A stretch of DNA of 64,000 nucleotides from an uncultured delta proteobacterium (GTDB lineage: Bacteria; Desulfobacterota; Binatia; Binatales; Binataceae). The first letter of the stretch is position 1; every line of letters begins with the position of its first letter. Of this stretch, positions 48,168 through 57,769 are shown one piece after another. The notes under the pieces were generated by a model. That model did not search any database. It saw nothing but the letters and a program-made list of their open reading frames with translations, and was not told where the DNA came from. The stretch covers positions 1,216,001-1,280,000 of the forward strand of contig CAWJET010000002.1 of assembly GCA_963842085.1 (NCBI GenBank), read 5' to 3'. The position numbers and the translations under genes were made by a program.

Positions 48168-50369
48168 TCAGGGGTTGCACAACCATTGATTCAGCTTCGA
48201 CCACCGGGCTTCGGCGCGCGAATCTTTTACCGCGATCGCCAACGCCTTGCGCTGTCCCACCAACACCACCAGCTTCTTGGCGCGCGTGATACCGGTGTAA
48301 ACCAGGTTGCGCCGCAGCATCAGGTAATGCTGCGTCGAAAGCGGAATAACTACTGCTGGATATTCCGACCCCTGCGCCTTATGGATCGTGGTTGCAAACG
48401 CGGGTAAGAGCTCGTCGAGTTCGCCGAAATCGTAAGTAACCGGTCGGCCATCGAACTCTACCACGACTTCCTGCCCGTCCACGTCCACGTCCCGAACGAA
48501 GCCGATATCGCCGTTGAAGACGTCCTTGTCATAGTCATTGGCGGTCTGCATCACTTTGTCGCCAACTCGGAAGGACCACCCGAACCGCGCCACTGTTGGC
48601 TTGCTCTCGTCACCGTTGAGGGTCAACTGCAGATCGTGGTTGAGCGACCGCGCACCGAGGCGTCCCCGGTTCATCGGGCAAAGAACCTGCACATCGCGAA
48701 TCGGATCGAAACCGAATCGCGCTGGAATGCGGCTGTGAACGATCTCCAGAATCTTGTGCGCCGCGTCATCGGGGTCTGCCGCCTCGACAAAGTAGAAGTC
48801 CGAGCTCTCATTCACCGAGTTTTCCAGGTCCGGCATTTGGCCGCGGTTGATTCTATGTGCGTTGATCACGATGCGGCTTTGCGCTGCCTGACGGAATACT
48901 TCGGTAAGACGTGCTACGGGTACGGCTCCCGAATTAATGATGTCGGCCAGCACCTGCCCCGGACCGACTGACGGTAACTGGTCCACGTCGCCGACCAGAA
49001 CCAGGCCCGAACTGGGCGGCAGCGCCTTTATGAGCGAAGCCATCAGCGGCACGTCCACCATCGAAGTCTCGTCCACAACCAGAAGTCCGCATTCCAGCTG
49101 ATTGGCCTCGCCTCTCTTGAATCCACCGTGCCTGGGATCCGCCTCGAGCAGGCGATGAATGGTCTTGGCGATCAATCCCGTGCTCTCGGCGAGCCGCTTC
49201 GCCGCCCGCCCCGTCGGGGCGCACAACGCCACCGACACCGCCTTCGCTCGAAGAATCTTTAGCAGCGAATTGACTAAAGTGGTTTTGCCGACCCCGGGTC
49301 CACCGGTAATCACGAGCACCTTGCTAACCAGCGCCAGTCTCAGAGCGGCGCGCTGGCTGGCGGCCAAGGACACCTCGAGCTTCTTTTCGACCCAAGCAAT
49401 GGCCCGCTCGGCGTTAATGGTCGGCCACGGCGGCGGTTCCTTGGCCAGGGCCCGCAACCGTTGCGCTATGATTCGTTCGGCGCGCCAGAGGTGCGCGAGA
49501 AAAATGCAACGCTGGTCGCCGATCTCATCCGCCGTCAAGAATCCGCTAGCGACCTCAGCAACCACTGCATCGCGGAGCGCTTCTCCGGAGATTTCGAGCA
49601 GTTTTTCTGCCAGGGCGATAAGTTCATCCTCGGGCAGTCCGCAGTGACCGTCAGAGACGGCTTCGGTTAGCGCGTAGACAACGCCAGCCCGTGCCCGAAT
49701 CGTCGCGGTCTTGGAGATTCCGAGCCGTTCCGCGATGACGTCGGCAGATTTGAAGCCGATGCCTACGATGTCACGCGCAAGGCAATACGGGTTTTCGGTC
49801 ACCAGTGGTATCGCATCCGCCCCGTAGGTCTTGTAAATGCGAACCGCCCGCGAGGTACTCACCCCGTGACCTTGCAGAAACGCCATGATTTCACGAATCA
49901 CCTTCTGGTCGGACCAGCCCGCGATGATTCGCTCCGCGCGCTTTGGGCCGATGCCTTCGACCTGAAATAGTCGCTGCGGTTCGTGCTCGATGATCTCGAA
50001 CACTGCGTCGCTGAAGGTAGTTATCAGCCGCCGAGCGAAGATGGGTCCGATTCCCTTGATGAGACCCGAGCCGAGATATTTCTCCATGCCCTCGGCGGAA
50101 GTTGGTGGCGCGATCCTGAGGAATGTGGCGCGAAATTGCCGGCCGTGGTCGCGGTGGGTTTCCCATCTCCCACTGGCCTGAACGTATTCGCCCGCCGAAA
50201 CTGACGGCGCCGCGCCAAGCACCGTAACCAGATCATTCTGCCCGCGAACTTTGACCCGTAAAACGCAGAACCCGTTATCCGGATTATGGAAAGTGACCCG
50301 CTCAACCAGACCCGATAGCGGTTCCCGGTCGCCGGCTGAATTAAATCGGGGATTCCCGTTAGGTGCCAC
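48168..50369 (-). CDS. recD2: ATP-dependent RecD2-like helicase
   Basis: LSGLVERVTFHN, HhH GIGP, GGPGVGKTT, APTGRAAKR, DETSMVD, TIHKAQGSE, YTGITRA; GTG start 50369. Confidence 0.93.
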   Translation of the reverse strand: MAPNGNPRFNSAGDREPLSGLVERVTFHNPDNGFCVLRVKVRGQNDLVTVLGAAPSVSAGEYVQASGRWETHRDHGRQFRATFLRIAPPTSAEGMEKYLGSGLIKGIGPIFARRLITTFSDAVFEIIEHEPQRLFQVEGIGPKRAERIIAGWSDQKVIREIMAFLQGHGVSTSRAVRIYKTYGADAIPLVTENPYCLARDIVGIGFKSADVIAERLGISKTATIRARAGVVYALTEAVSDGHCGLPEDELIALAEKLLEISGEALRDAVVAEVASGFLTADEIGDQRCIFLAHLWRAERIIAQRLRALAKEPPPWPTINAERAIAWVEKKLEVSLAASQRAALRLALVSKVLVITGGPGVGKTTLVNSLLKILRAKAVSVALCAPTGRAAKRLAESTGLIAKTIHRLLEADPRHGGFKRGEANQLECGLLVVDETSMVDVPLMASLIKALPPSSGLVLVGDVDQLPSVGPGQVLADIINSGAVPVARLTEVFRQAAQSRIVINAHRINRGQMPDLENSVNESSDFYFVEAADPDDAAHKILEIVHSRIPARFGFDPIRDVQVLCPMNRGRLGARSLNHDLQLTLNGDESKPTVARFGWSFRVGDKVMQTANDYDKDVFNGDIGFVRDVDVDGQEVVVEFDGRPVTYDFGELDELLPAFATTIHKAQGSEYPAVVIPLSTQHYLMLRRNLVYTGITRAKKLVVLVGQRKALAIAVKDSRAEARWSKLNQWLCNP

Positions 50370-50734
50370 CTGACAATCTTCCAGACTGGTGATGTTAGTC
50401 CTATGAGCGCGCCGGTTTCGACCAACTGCGCATGATAGCTGCCTCAATCTGTCCTGCGTGCTCGCGGCAGCAATGCGCGGGGGGACGGCTCCGCGGTCTT
50501 TCTCTCGAACTCCCAGGGTACCACTGGCACTCGTGACGTTCGCTCGCTCCGGCGCCGTCTTCACGATACGACATTTTCATCGCGGCTTGGGTGGGCCGAC
50601 GGACCATGTCCAGTTTCCCTCTCGGTAAATCACATCGCGCCGCCCGGCCCCGCCTTAACACTCTCAACCGCGAAAGGCACGAACCCCAGTGTAGACCAAA
50701 ATTCCAAAATTCTGGTCTATTATAGAATGCAGTG

Positions 50735-51065
50735 ATGGCAGCTTGGACGGTCGAGCTGAAGGAATCGGTCATCGATGACCTGCGAGCGCTCGGAATCAAA
50801 CAGGGCCGCGCTGTGCTGAGAGAGGCCAGCGCCCGGTTGGCGGAAAACCCGCTGGTTCAGACGCGGCATCTCAAAACACTACGACCGAATCCGGTGGCGG
50901 AACGTGAGTTTGAGGCTTTTTGGTCGTTACCGGGTATTGTTTACAGTCGCAGAGGCTGAAGCGACAGTCACTATCGTCCTGGTCGGGAAGAAACGGGGAA
51001 ACTCGCTGTACGTGCAGGACAAGAGGATTATCGCCCATGAAAGTAGTTCCACTGAGCGAGGCTAA
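50735..51065 (+). pseudogene. RelE/ParE toxin, frameshifted
   Basis: WTVELKESVIDDL..LKTLRPNPVAERE / LRLFGRYRVLF..VTIVLVG in two frames (shift near 50908). Confidence 0.78.
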
Positions 51066-51318
51066 GGCCAAACTGAGCCGCTACGGTCGGCTATGCTACG
51101 GCGAGCCGGTCGTGGTGACAGTCAACGGCAGACCGTCGTTTCAACTGGTGCCGTTAGAAGAAGGTGACGATCTGATCGACCGCCTGATCGAACAGCATCC
51201 GGGCTTCCGCAAGCTCCTCGAGCGCCGATTGCGCGAGCGCAGCGTGTCGGTGGCTGTGGCGCAGCGGCGGCTCGCGAGAGGTGGGCCGGTTAGAACACCG
51301 CGGGCTCGCCATCGCTAA
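51037..51318 (+). CDS. Phd/YefM antitoxin
   Basis: MKVVPLSEAKAKLS..EPVVVTVNGRP..LVP. Confidence 0.85.
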   Translation: MKVVPLSEAKAKLSRYGRLCYGEPVVVTVNGRPSFQLVPLEEGDDLIDRLIEQHPGFRKLLERRLRERSVSVAVAQRRLARGGPVRTPRARHR

Positions 51319-51389
51319 AGTGGCCATTCTGAGGGAACGCTCCCTCAACAACCGATGCCTGGGAAGCAACGAAACGTCTGGCGCCTGCT

Positions 51390-51472
51390 TTGAAGAAGAT
51401 TCGTGCCCAAGCTCAAGGGGCGAAGCAGCCGCGCTAACGCTTGGGACAGGAAATACGTTCGCGTCAGCCCGC
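51390..51472 (+). repeat. diverged ~80-bp repeat, copy 2
   Basis: See 46003-46080; one frame reads ..RANAWDRKYVRVSPQF*. Confidence 0.75.
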
Positions 51473-51486
51473 AGTTTTGATTGCCT

Positions 51487-51805
51487 TTACTTGTCCCCGG
51501 TAGAAGTGCGGATCGGCCGCTGGTACGGCACGAGATCGAGGCCGGGAATGTCCTCGAAGTCACGCCGATTCCTGGTCAGAAAACGGTGAGAATGCTGCAA
51601 CGCTTGGCTGGCAAGCCAAAGATCTTGAACACGGTATCGGTGCTGTCTGCCAGCGGCGCTGATTTGGGCCGCCAGGCTGCCGATTATGTCGCCGGTTACC
51701 CCATCCACTGCGATGAGCGGTTTGCGTCGAATCCGATGCAGGGCGGCGAGACGCCGCTGGCGGATTCGCGGTTCTTGCGCGACCTCAGCTCCGAACCTGA
51801 GTTCG
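51487..51805 (-). pseudogene. PIN toxin, 5'-truncated
   Basis: RFGAE..QDLWLASQALQH..LTRNRRDFEDIPGL; N-terminal DT motif missing. Confidence 0.75.
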
Positions 51806-51819
51806 GCGGTCGAGAAGCA

Positions 51820-51893
51820 TCAAGGAACCGCACGACCGGCAAGGGAGAGCAACATGGCTCGTATCAACGCAAACGGGATTGATATCGAGTACG
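51820..51893 (+). repeat. 5' copy of the alpha/beta-hydrolase gene (RBS plus first 13 codons)
   Basis: GCAAGGGAGAGC.ACATGGCTCGTATC.ACGCAAACGGGATTGATATCGAGTACG matches ~27617-27671. Confidence 0.9.
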
Positions 51894-52221
51894 TCACTGC
51901 CGGCACCGGTCACGGGGGGGAAGCAGGCCTTTCATACCAACATTCCCTCCTCCATTGGTCGGGCAGATTCCGATGTGCTCTCTGCCCGGCCTTGACAGCG
52001 GCGGAGCAATTCAATGCCGGCGTGCGGAGCGTCAGCGTTCCAATTCAGAGATGCGGCGGTTTTCAACGGAGAGGCGCGAAGGGTCGTGATGGCTGCCGTG
52101 TGTACAGCCCGGCCGTCGCCCTTGGCGTTTCTCTGCACTCACGAACATGTGTGCTGATATGGCGGTAGCCGAGGTCACCGAAGGCGGAAACCAATCATGC
52201 CCACACTAACGGTTGCGGCGG

Positions 52222-52644
52222 TCAGCGCCTTTGCAACGAGTAGCTCTTTGGGGCGTGCACTCTAAGGTAGTCGCGCAGCGATTCAACACCCTGGCCGCGG
52301 GTCGTGGGTTGCCAGCGGCCTGCGGACTTTTCTTCGGCCCACCATTGGTTGGCAGCAAGCCTGATGTAGACGGTGCTACTGTTCCCGACCCTGGCGCTGC
52401 CGCGACTCCCAAAATGACTCAAAGGCAGGTTGAATTCGTCAAACAGTTCCTGCCAGTAACTCCAGTTCAGACGAAAGGCGGTCGTTGGTGCGCCGTCAGG
52501 AACGTCCTCGGGCTTGATCGCGTAGCGCTCTGTCAGCGCCTTCTGCAAGCGGTGCGCAGCCTCTTTCTCTGCCGCCAAGGCTCCTTTATCGGTGGAGATC
52601 CTACGCAACAGCACGATCTTTCGCAGCACGTCTTCGACCTTCAT
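52222..52644 (-). CDS. hypothetical protein with DUF2786-like N-terminal helical hairpin
   Basis: VLRKIVLLRRIS..GA..AEKEAAHRL..LTERY; AGGGGG RBS. Confidence 0.65.
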   Translation of the reverse strand: MKVEDVLRKIVLLRRISTDKGALAAEKEAAHRLQKALTERYAIKPEDVPDGAPTTAFRLNWSYWQELFDEFNLPLSHFGSRGSARVGNSSTVYIRLAANQWWAEEKSAGRWQPTTRGQGVESLRDYLRVHAPKSYSLQRR

Positions 52645-52855
52645 CTACCCCCTCTAGTTTGGTGACTCAGTGATTGCGCATGAAACTAGCTGTGTCACTT
52701 GCTTATTTTCAAGAACGCTGATGACGGATATGCACAGCTGAGGCACACCGAAGATTAGTCGCGAGTTGCGCGCCGAGCTCAGCCGACCGGTCAATGGAAT
52801 TGCCATGCGAGCCTGAGTCCCGGGCGCATTCACGATTTGCGAGCGGGTTAGCGTG

Positions 52856-53638
52856 TCATGGTTTTCGCTTCGAAGTGATCTTAGGCGATAGGGACCCTGC
52901 TTTTGGCTCGAGTTCGTAAACGGAGATGTGAACCGGGCTCGCCGCGGTGAACAGGCTTCGGTCCCATCCGCCGTATCGCTCTCGGAGTCGCATTCCGGCA
53001 AGGCGCGCCATCAGGTCCAACTCGCTCGGATAGGCGAAGCGCAATTGCAACGGATACAGCTGCACTCCGCCCGCGGTGAACAGGATGTGTTGTGCGCGGA
53101 CAGTCTGGTTCACGACATCGTTGGTCACCGAATCGAGCAGCGCGTGATCGGTCCCGACATCAACCGCCGCGACTCGCTGGCGCTGGGCAAGAAGCGAGTG
53201 ATCGGGATTGAATGCTTCAACTACGAACGCGCCTGCCGGAAGAATGCGCTTCGCTACGCGCTGAAAGCATCGCACTTGCTCGTCCTGATCCGGAAGTGCG
53301 AAAAGAGTGCTGAACGCTACGTAGACAAGACCGAAGCCGCCGGTAACCTTCACATCGGCGAAGTTTCCCATTACGACCGGTATGTCCGCGCCCCCCGGTT
53401 TGGCACGCATCTTCGCGACCATCGCGGGCGACGCATCGATTCCCGTCACGCGCACGCCGCGCGCGGCCAGCGCTATCGCTATTCTGCCGGTGCCGATTCC
53501 AAGTTCGAGCGCTCGACGCTTGCCCGCGAGCGGGGCGAGAAAATCCGCGACCGTCTCCGGATTGTCGCGCTTTCCGTATAGGAGATCGTAGACTTCGGCG
53601 ATTCGCTCTCCGTATGTGGTTTCGTCGTACTCGGCCAT
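52856..53638 (-). CDS. class I SAM-dependent methyltransferase
   Basis: ALELGIGTGRI, GIDASPAM, PSELDLMARLAG. Confidence 0.9.
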   Translation of the reverse strand: MAEYDETTYGERIAEVYDLLYGKRDNPETVADFLAPLAGKRRALELGIGTGRIAIALAARGVRVTGIDASPAMVAKMRAKPGGADIPVVMGNFADVKVTGGFGLVYVAFSTLFALPDQDEQVRCFQRVAKRILPAGAFVVEAFNPDHSLLAQRQRVAAVDVGTDHALLDSVTNDVVNQTVRAQHILFTAGGVQLYPLQLRFAYPSELDLMARLAGMRLRERYGGWDRSLFTAASPVHISVYELEPKAGSLSPKITSKRKP

Positions 53639-53808
53639 GCGTGGACGAAATCAAAGCGGCGCCTTGGCGTCAAACGGAAAGATGCGTAGCCTTCGACCTA
53701 CGACGACTCCTGGGTTCTGAAAACCTCGAACCCGTCGAAAAGTCCTGGAGTCCTGTGAAAATAGCCAGACGAACCACCACCAAGGAGGATTCCACGACTG
53801 GAAACAGG

Positions 53809-55016
53809 ATGGCTGCTAGCACGACGACTCGATGGCGCGACTGGGCTCTTCTGCTAGCTGCGGCAGCTTATCTGTTTGCGCTCTACTATTTCGAGATCAG
53901 CTCTAAAGAGCGCCAGATCGACTTCGGCGCCTACTATGTGTGGGGCTTTGCAGCTCGCCACGGCCTCGATCCCTACCGCTCAAGCGTGCTGCCACCGATC
54001 ATGAATGCGCTTCAAGTCGACGCAGTTCCCGCCAATTATCCACCGCTGGTCTTGTTGGCCTTCGAGCCTCTGAGCTTGCTGCCTGTGCGGACGGCGTTCT
54101 GGATATGGTGCGGAACGAACTTTGCTCTGCTGCTTATGGGGCTCGCGATAATGATCCGCTGTGCGGGCGGACGAGGTTCTCCGGTAGCCATTCTCGCGCT
54201 GGCGCTGCTCTATGGTCCGATCAGCGATGAACTGTATTGGGGAGAGTCTGACTTGGTTGTGATGCTGCTGATCGCGCTGTCCCTGCGGGCTATCCGTCGG
54301 TCCTCCGACGCGACCTGCGGGATCTCGCTCGCGCTCGCGGCTTTGTGGAAAGGGTTTCCGGCGGCAATCCTGGTTGGATTCATCACCGATCGCCGGCCGC
54401 GTTTGCTGTTGGCGGCAGCTTTGACCCTGCTCACCGGGGCGGCAGTTTCGGTTATGATTTTCGGTCCCGGTCTGAATTTGGAGTTCGCAGACTCGGCATG
54501 GCAGACAAGTAGTTCGGCGCTGCTTTCGTATTCCATCAACGGGTCGTTCGCCGCATTGATCACCCGCGGCGTTCAGTCGGCTGCTCGCGCGTATCCGAGT
54601 GCGCCGTGGCCGGCGGTGCGTCTTGTGGCGATCCTGCAGTGGAGATTGTGTTTTTTCTATTGGCAGTGCATGGGGTCTCGATAGCGAACAGAAGCGGACG
54701 CCCTGAGTTCGCCTTCGCGCTTTGGGTCGCGTGGCTCCTGCCGCTGCTAACCGCCGTCTGGTTTCATCGTCTCACCTTCTTTCTCGTTTTTCTTCTGTTG
54801 CTCGCGCGCGCGGAAGGCACCAGCGTTCGGGCGCGACGCGCCGGACTTATCTGCTACGGTCTTGCTCAGATAGGACTCATCATTGCCTGGACCCGGTGGC
54901 TGACAGTCCCCGCCCATGACGAGCTGACCCAGAACGGGCTGGGCGCTGCAACTTTTCTTGCTATGGTGTTCGGCTTCAGCGCAGCCTACCTGATGTGTGC
55001 TGACACTCGAGGTTGA
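53809..55016 (+). pseudogene. GT87 (DUF2029) membrane glycosyltransferase, frameshifted near 54640
   Basis: DFGAYY, DPY, NYPP, LWKGFP, NGS; hydrophobic C-terminal part in another frame. Confidence 0.72.
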
Positions 55017-55040
55017 GCGCCGTCGAATCGATGGTGGTGG

Positions 55041-55151
55041 GAATCCGGGCATGGGGCATGACCTGCCGGCCGCGCTCTCTTCCAGGATCGTAGACGCGAT
55101 CGAATCAGTGGCGAAGCGCGCGCGCGTTGGTGCGTCGTAGGCGACGGCGAA
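55041..55151 (+). repeat. 3' copy of the alpha/beta-hydrolase gene
   Basis: GGGCATGGGGCATGACCTGCCGGCCGCG...GCGTCGTAG; stop at 55138-55140. Confidence 0.92.
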
Positions 55152-55327
55152 TGAATGCGCGCTGCCGGCGCGGCATCAATCGGAAACGGAATCAGGAGCG
55201 GCCGTCGAGCGGTTCGGGAGAGTTGCGGCTCGTCGAACGGTCAGCTAAGAGAAGCACGCCTCGCGTAACGCTCTGCATTCCAATTGGCTTTGTTTTGTAA
55301 ATTTTGATCAGGCCGATTGCCCTCCTG

Positions 55328-56035
55328 CTATTGGGGATCTCCGTCGGATTTCCCGTTAGCGCCAGTCTCTTCGATGTCGATCCCAGCGGGCGCAGGGACG
55401 TTTACGTCCACATCAACAACTTCGGGAACTGGGACATGCTGGCCGGCACGCCTTGCTTGCAATCGTTCCAGTTCGTGCAGCATTCTCAGCACCGATCGAA
55501 AAAGCGCCGCTTCGTGCCGCCAGAGATTTGATAATGGTTGTGAAAACTTTTCCAACACGCGCGTAACGTGGAATGAAGGACCCTCGAGTTCGGCCTTCGC
55601 GCGGGCGAGCCTCTGCTTGGCATCCTCATGAGCCTGACGGTCGCAGGCTTCTACCCCCTTCGTTTTATACGATGGAATGTAGTCCTTCTCGTACTGCCCA
55701 ACCGATTCCTCCGCTTGCTTCACGAGTAATTCTTGAAAACCGCGCCTATAGAATGTCGCTTCAAAGCCTGGGACTCTGCGGAGCCGCCAAAGGTAAACTA
55801 CAATCTTCTCGGCCAATGCGCCTTCGAGCGCGCCCTGAGGATCCAAGCTGCTCAATAGATCCGCGCGAAAGGACTCATACTCGTCCGGGTTCTCGTTTGG
55901 CAAGACTACGTCGCGGCCCGTGAGTCCATGTTTGAGCGCGTTCGAGCTTACGCGCGCCTTCCCCTCCGCTGAACGTGGCCCCGTGCTCTGCAGCGCATTT
56001 CTGCGGTTTGCTTTGATCTGTCGGACGCTTGCCAT
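55328..56035 (-). CDS. hypothetical protein MASVRQIKANRRNA..STGP family
   Basis: STGPRSAEGK..NALKHGL..WRLRR; GAGGAG RBS. Confidence 0.8.
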   Translation of the reverse strand: MASVRQIKANRRNALQSTGPRSAEGKARVSSNALKHGLTGRDVVLPNENPDEYESFRADLLSSLDPQGALEGALAEKIVVYLWRLRRVPGFEATFYRRGFQELLVKQAEESVGQYEKDYIPSYKTKGVEACDRQAHEDAKQRLARAKAELEGPSFHVTRVLEKFSQPLSNLWRHEAALFRSVLRMLHELERLQARRAGQHVPVPEVVDVDVNVPAPAGIDIEETGANGKSDGDPQ

Positions 56036-56169
56036 TTGCTTCTCCTCTTTGAAAGTTTTGACATCAGTTTGCAAATTCTGATCCAACAAACGACGGGCCG
56101 GGATGAAATGATTTCCGCCGGGACTGCTACACGTAAACGTCGACGCCGTGCACCAATGCAACACATTTC

Positions 56170-56506
56170 GCGCATTCCTTCCATTCAGCCGTGGCGGCTC
56201 GAGCATCGGCTCGGCGTCAGCGAGCCGAAGGATCTCATGCTGCTCGAAGCGGGCCAGGATCTATCGCCGCAAATCAGGAAGACGGATCTGTTATTGGTGG
56301 ACCGGTCAGCCGGCAACAAGTTGCCGCGGGGTGAGGGTCTCTATGTTGTTTTTTCCGTGCCTACGGGACTCGCCGTGAGGCGGGTCGAGGTTGGTCTCAA
56401 GCGGGGCTTCGTGGTCAGCGGGCCGGGAATCTCGGAAGAGCTAGAGCCGATGGAGATTGATCGATTGCTGGTCGGCAGGGTGATTTTTCGAGGGGAGAGA
56501 ATCTGA
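56170..56506 (+). pseudogene. C-terminal S24-like domain of a phage-repressor-like gene (fragment)
   Basis: LSPQI..DLLLVDRS..GEGLYVV..VRRV..LVGRVIF; no HTH. Confidence 0.55.
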
Positions 56507-56509
56507 CGG

Positions 56510-56758
56510 AACTTGGGCTTTGGAAGCGGCAAGCTCGGCCACGCTGTCCTCGCCGCGCAGACCCGCGATCACGATCCTGACACTTGTCCTCAGGCGATAA
56601 GTGCCGCCGGGTCGCCCGCCTTTACATCGCGTACCGTCTTCTCCGCTTCCTCCGTGCGCATATCGATTTTCGATCGCATCTTCCGCTCCTTCCACGGTTA
56701 AAGATGAGCTCTCGTCCGCAATCGCCTCGAGTTGTCCAACTTGTGCTGACGGGGAGCA
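56510..56758 (-). mobile_element. IS3-family left end plus degraded orfA
   Basis: End TGCTCCCCGTCAGCACAAGTTGGACA; RIVIAGLRGEDSVAEL. Confidence 0.75.
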
Positions 56759-56798
56759 CTCTGGTCACGCACGCTGGCGCTGATGGCTACAGTCAGAT

Positions 56799-57098
56799 AT
56801 GATGACCATTATGACCAGGATGACTACCATGCATCGCCAGGTCCACGGTCAAGCGACATGGGCGGTTGCGGAGGCCAAGGCGCGATTCAGCGAAGTGATC
56901 AACCGCGCGTTGGCGGATGGTCCGCAGACCATCACCCGCAAGGGTCAAAAGGCCGTGGTCGTCGTGTCGGCCGAGGAGTGGCAGCGCAAGACCAAACGCA
57001 AAGGCAACCTTGCGGAGTTTTTCGCAGCATCGCCCCTGCGAGGCTCGGACCTCACGGTCAAGCGGTCGAAAGATGGGCGGCGCGAGATCGAGTTGTGA
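56799..57098 (+). CDS. Phd/YefM antitoxin
   Basis: WAVAEAKARFSEVI..GPQTITRKG..AVVVVS; GTGA overlap with the toxin; start may be 56829. Confidence 0.88.
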   Translation: MMTIMTRMTTMHRQVHGQATWAVAEAKARFSEVINRALADGPQTITRKGQKAVVVVSAEEWQRKTKRKGNLAEFFAASPLRGSDLTVKRSKDGRREIEL

Positions 57099-57520
57099 AT
57101 TTTCTGCTCGACACCAACGTGGTGTCGGAATGGGTCAGGCCGCAACCGGACCGCAACGTTAACTCGTGGCTGGCCGAGGTCGACGAAGACCGCATGTTCA
57201 TCAGCGTGATTTCGTTCGCGGAGCTCCGGCGCGGGGTCGAGATGTTACCGGCCGGGCGCCGGCGCGAGCGGCTGGCTGCATGGCTTGCCGAGGAGCTCCC
57301 TGTGCGGTTCGAAGAGCGCATCCTCGACATTGATCAGCACGTTGCCGGCACTTGGGGTGTGATTATGGCACGGGGGCAGAAGATTGGCCTGACGCTCGGA
57401 TCGATGGACGCATTCGTCGCCGCCACGGCGGAGGCGCACTGTCTCACTCTCGCCACCCGCAACGTCAAGGACTTCGAGCGCTTGGGTATTTCCCTGCTTG
57501 ACCCATGGCAACCGGGTTAA
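57095..57520 (+). CDS. vapC: VapC/PIN toxin (intact)
   Basis: FLLDTNVVSE, SVISFAEL, MDAFVAATA, LATRNVKDF, DPW. Confidence 0.92.
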   Translation: MNFLLDTNVVSEWVRPQPDRNVNSWLAEVDEDRMFISVISFAELRRGVEMLPAGRRRERLAAWLAEELPVRFEERILDIDQHVAGTWGVIMARGQKIGLTLGSMDAFVAATAEAHCLTLATRNVKDFERLGISLLDPWQPG

Positions 57521-57769
57521 TATGGGCGCGGCCTGCCCACTTTCGTTCCGAAGCCCTGCTCTCCGATCCGGGCGCTTGTAGCACCTTATCGCCGAAATAC
57601 CGTAACTGGGTGACCAATCCCACCCGCGCTGAGCTGCCAAGCTGGCACGAAGCGTGATGGAAGAAGCCGAGCGTCGCCAATCGAGCCCTCTTCGTGTCGT
57701 TTTAGGAACACTGCGGCGTTTCGGGAGTGCGCGCCAGGTGTGTTAGTCATCAAGGCGACAAGAGACACC

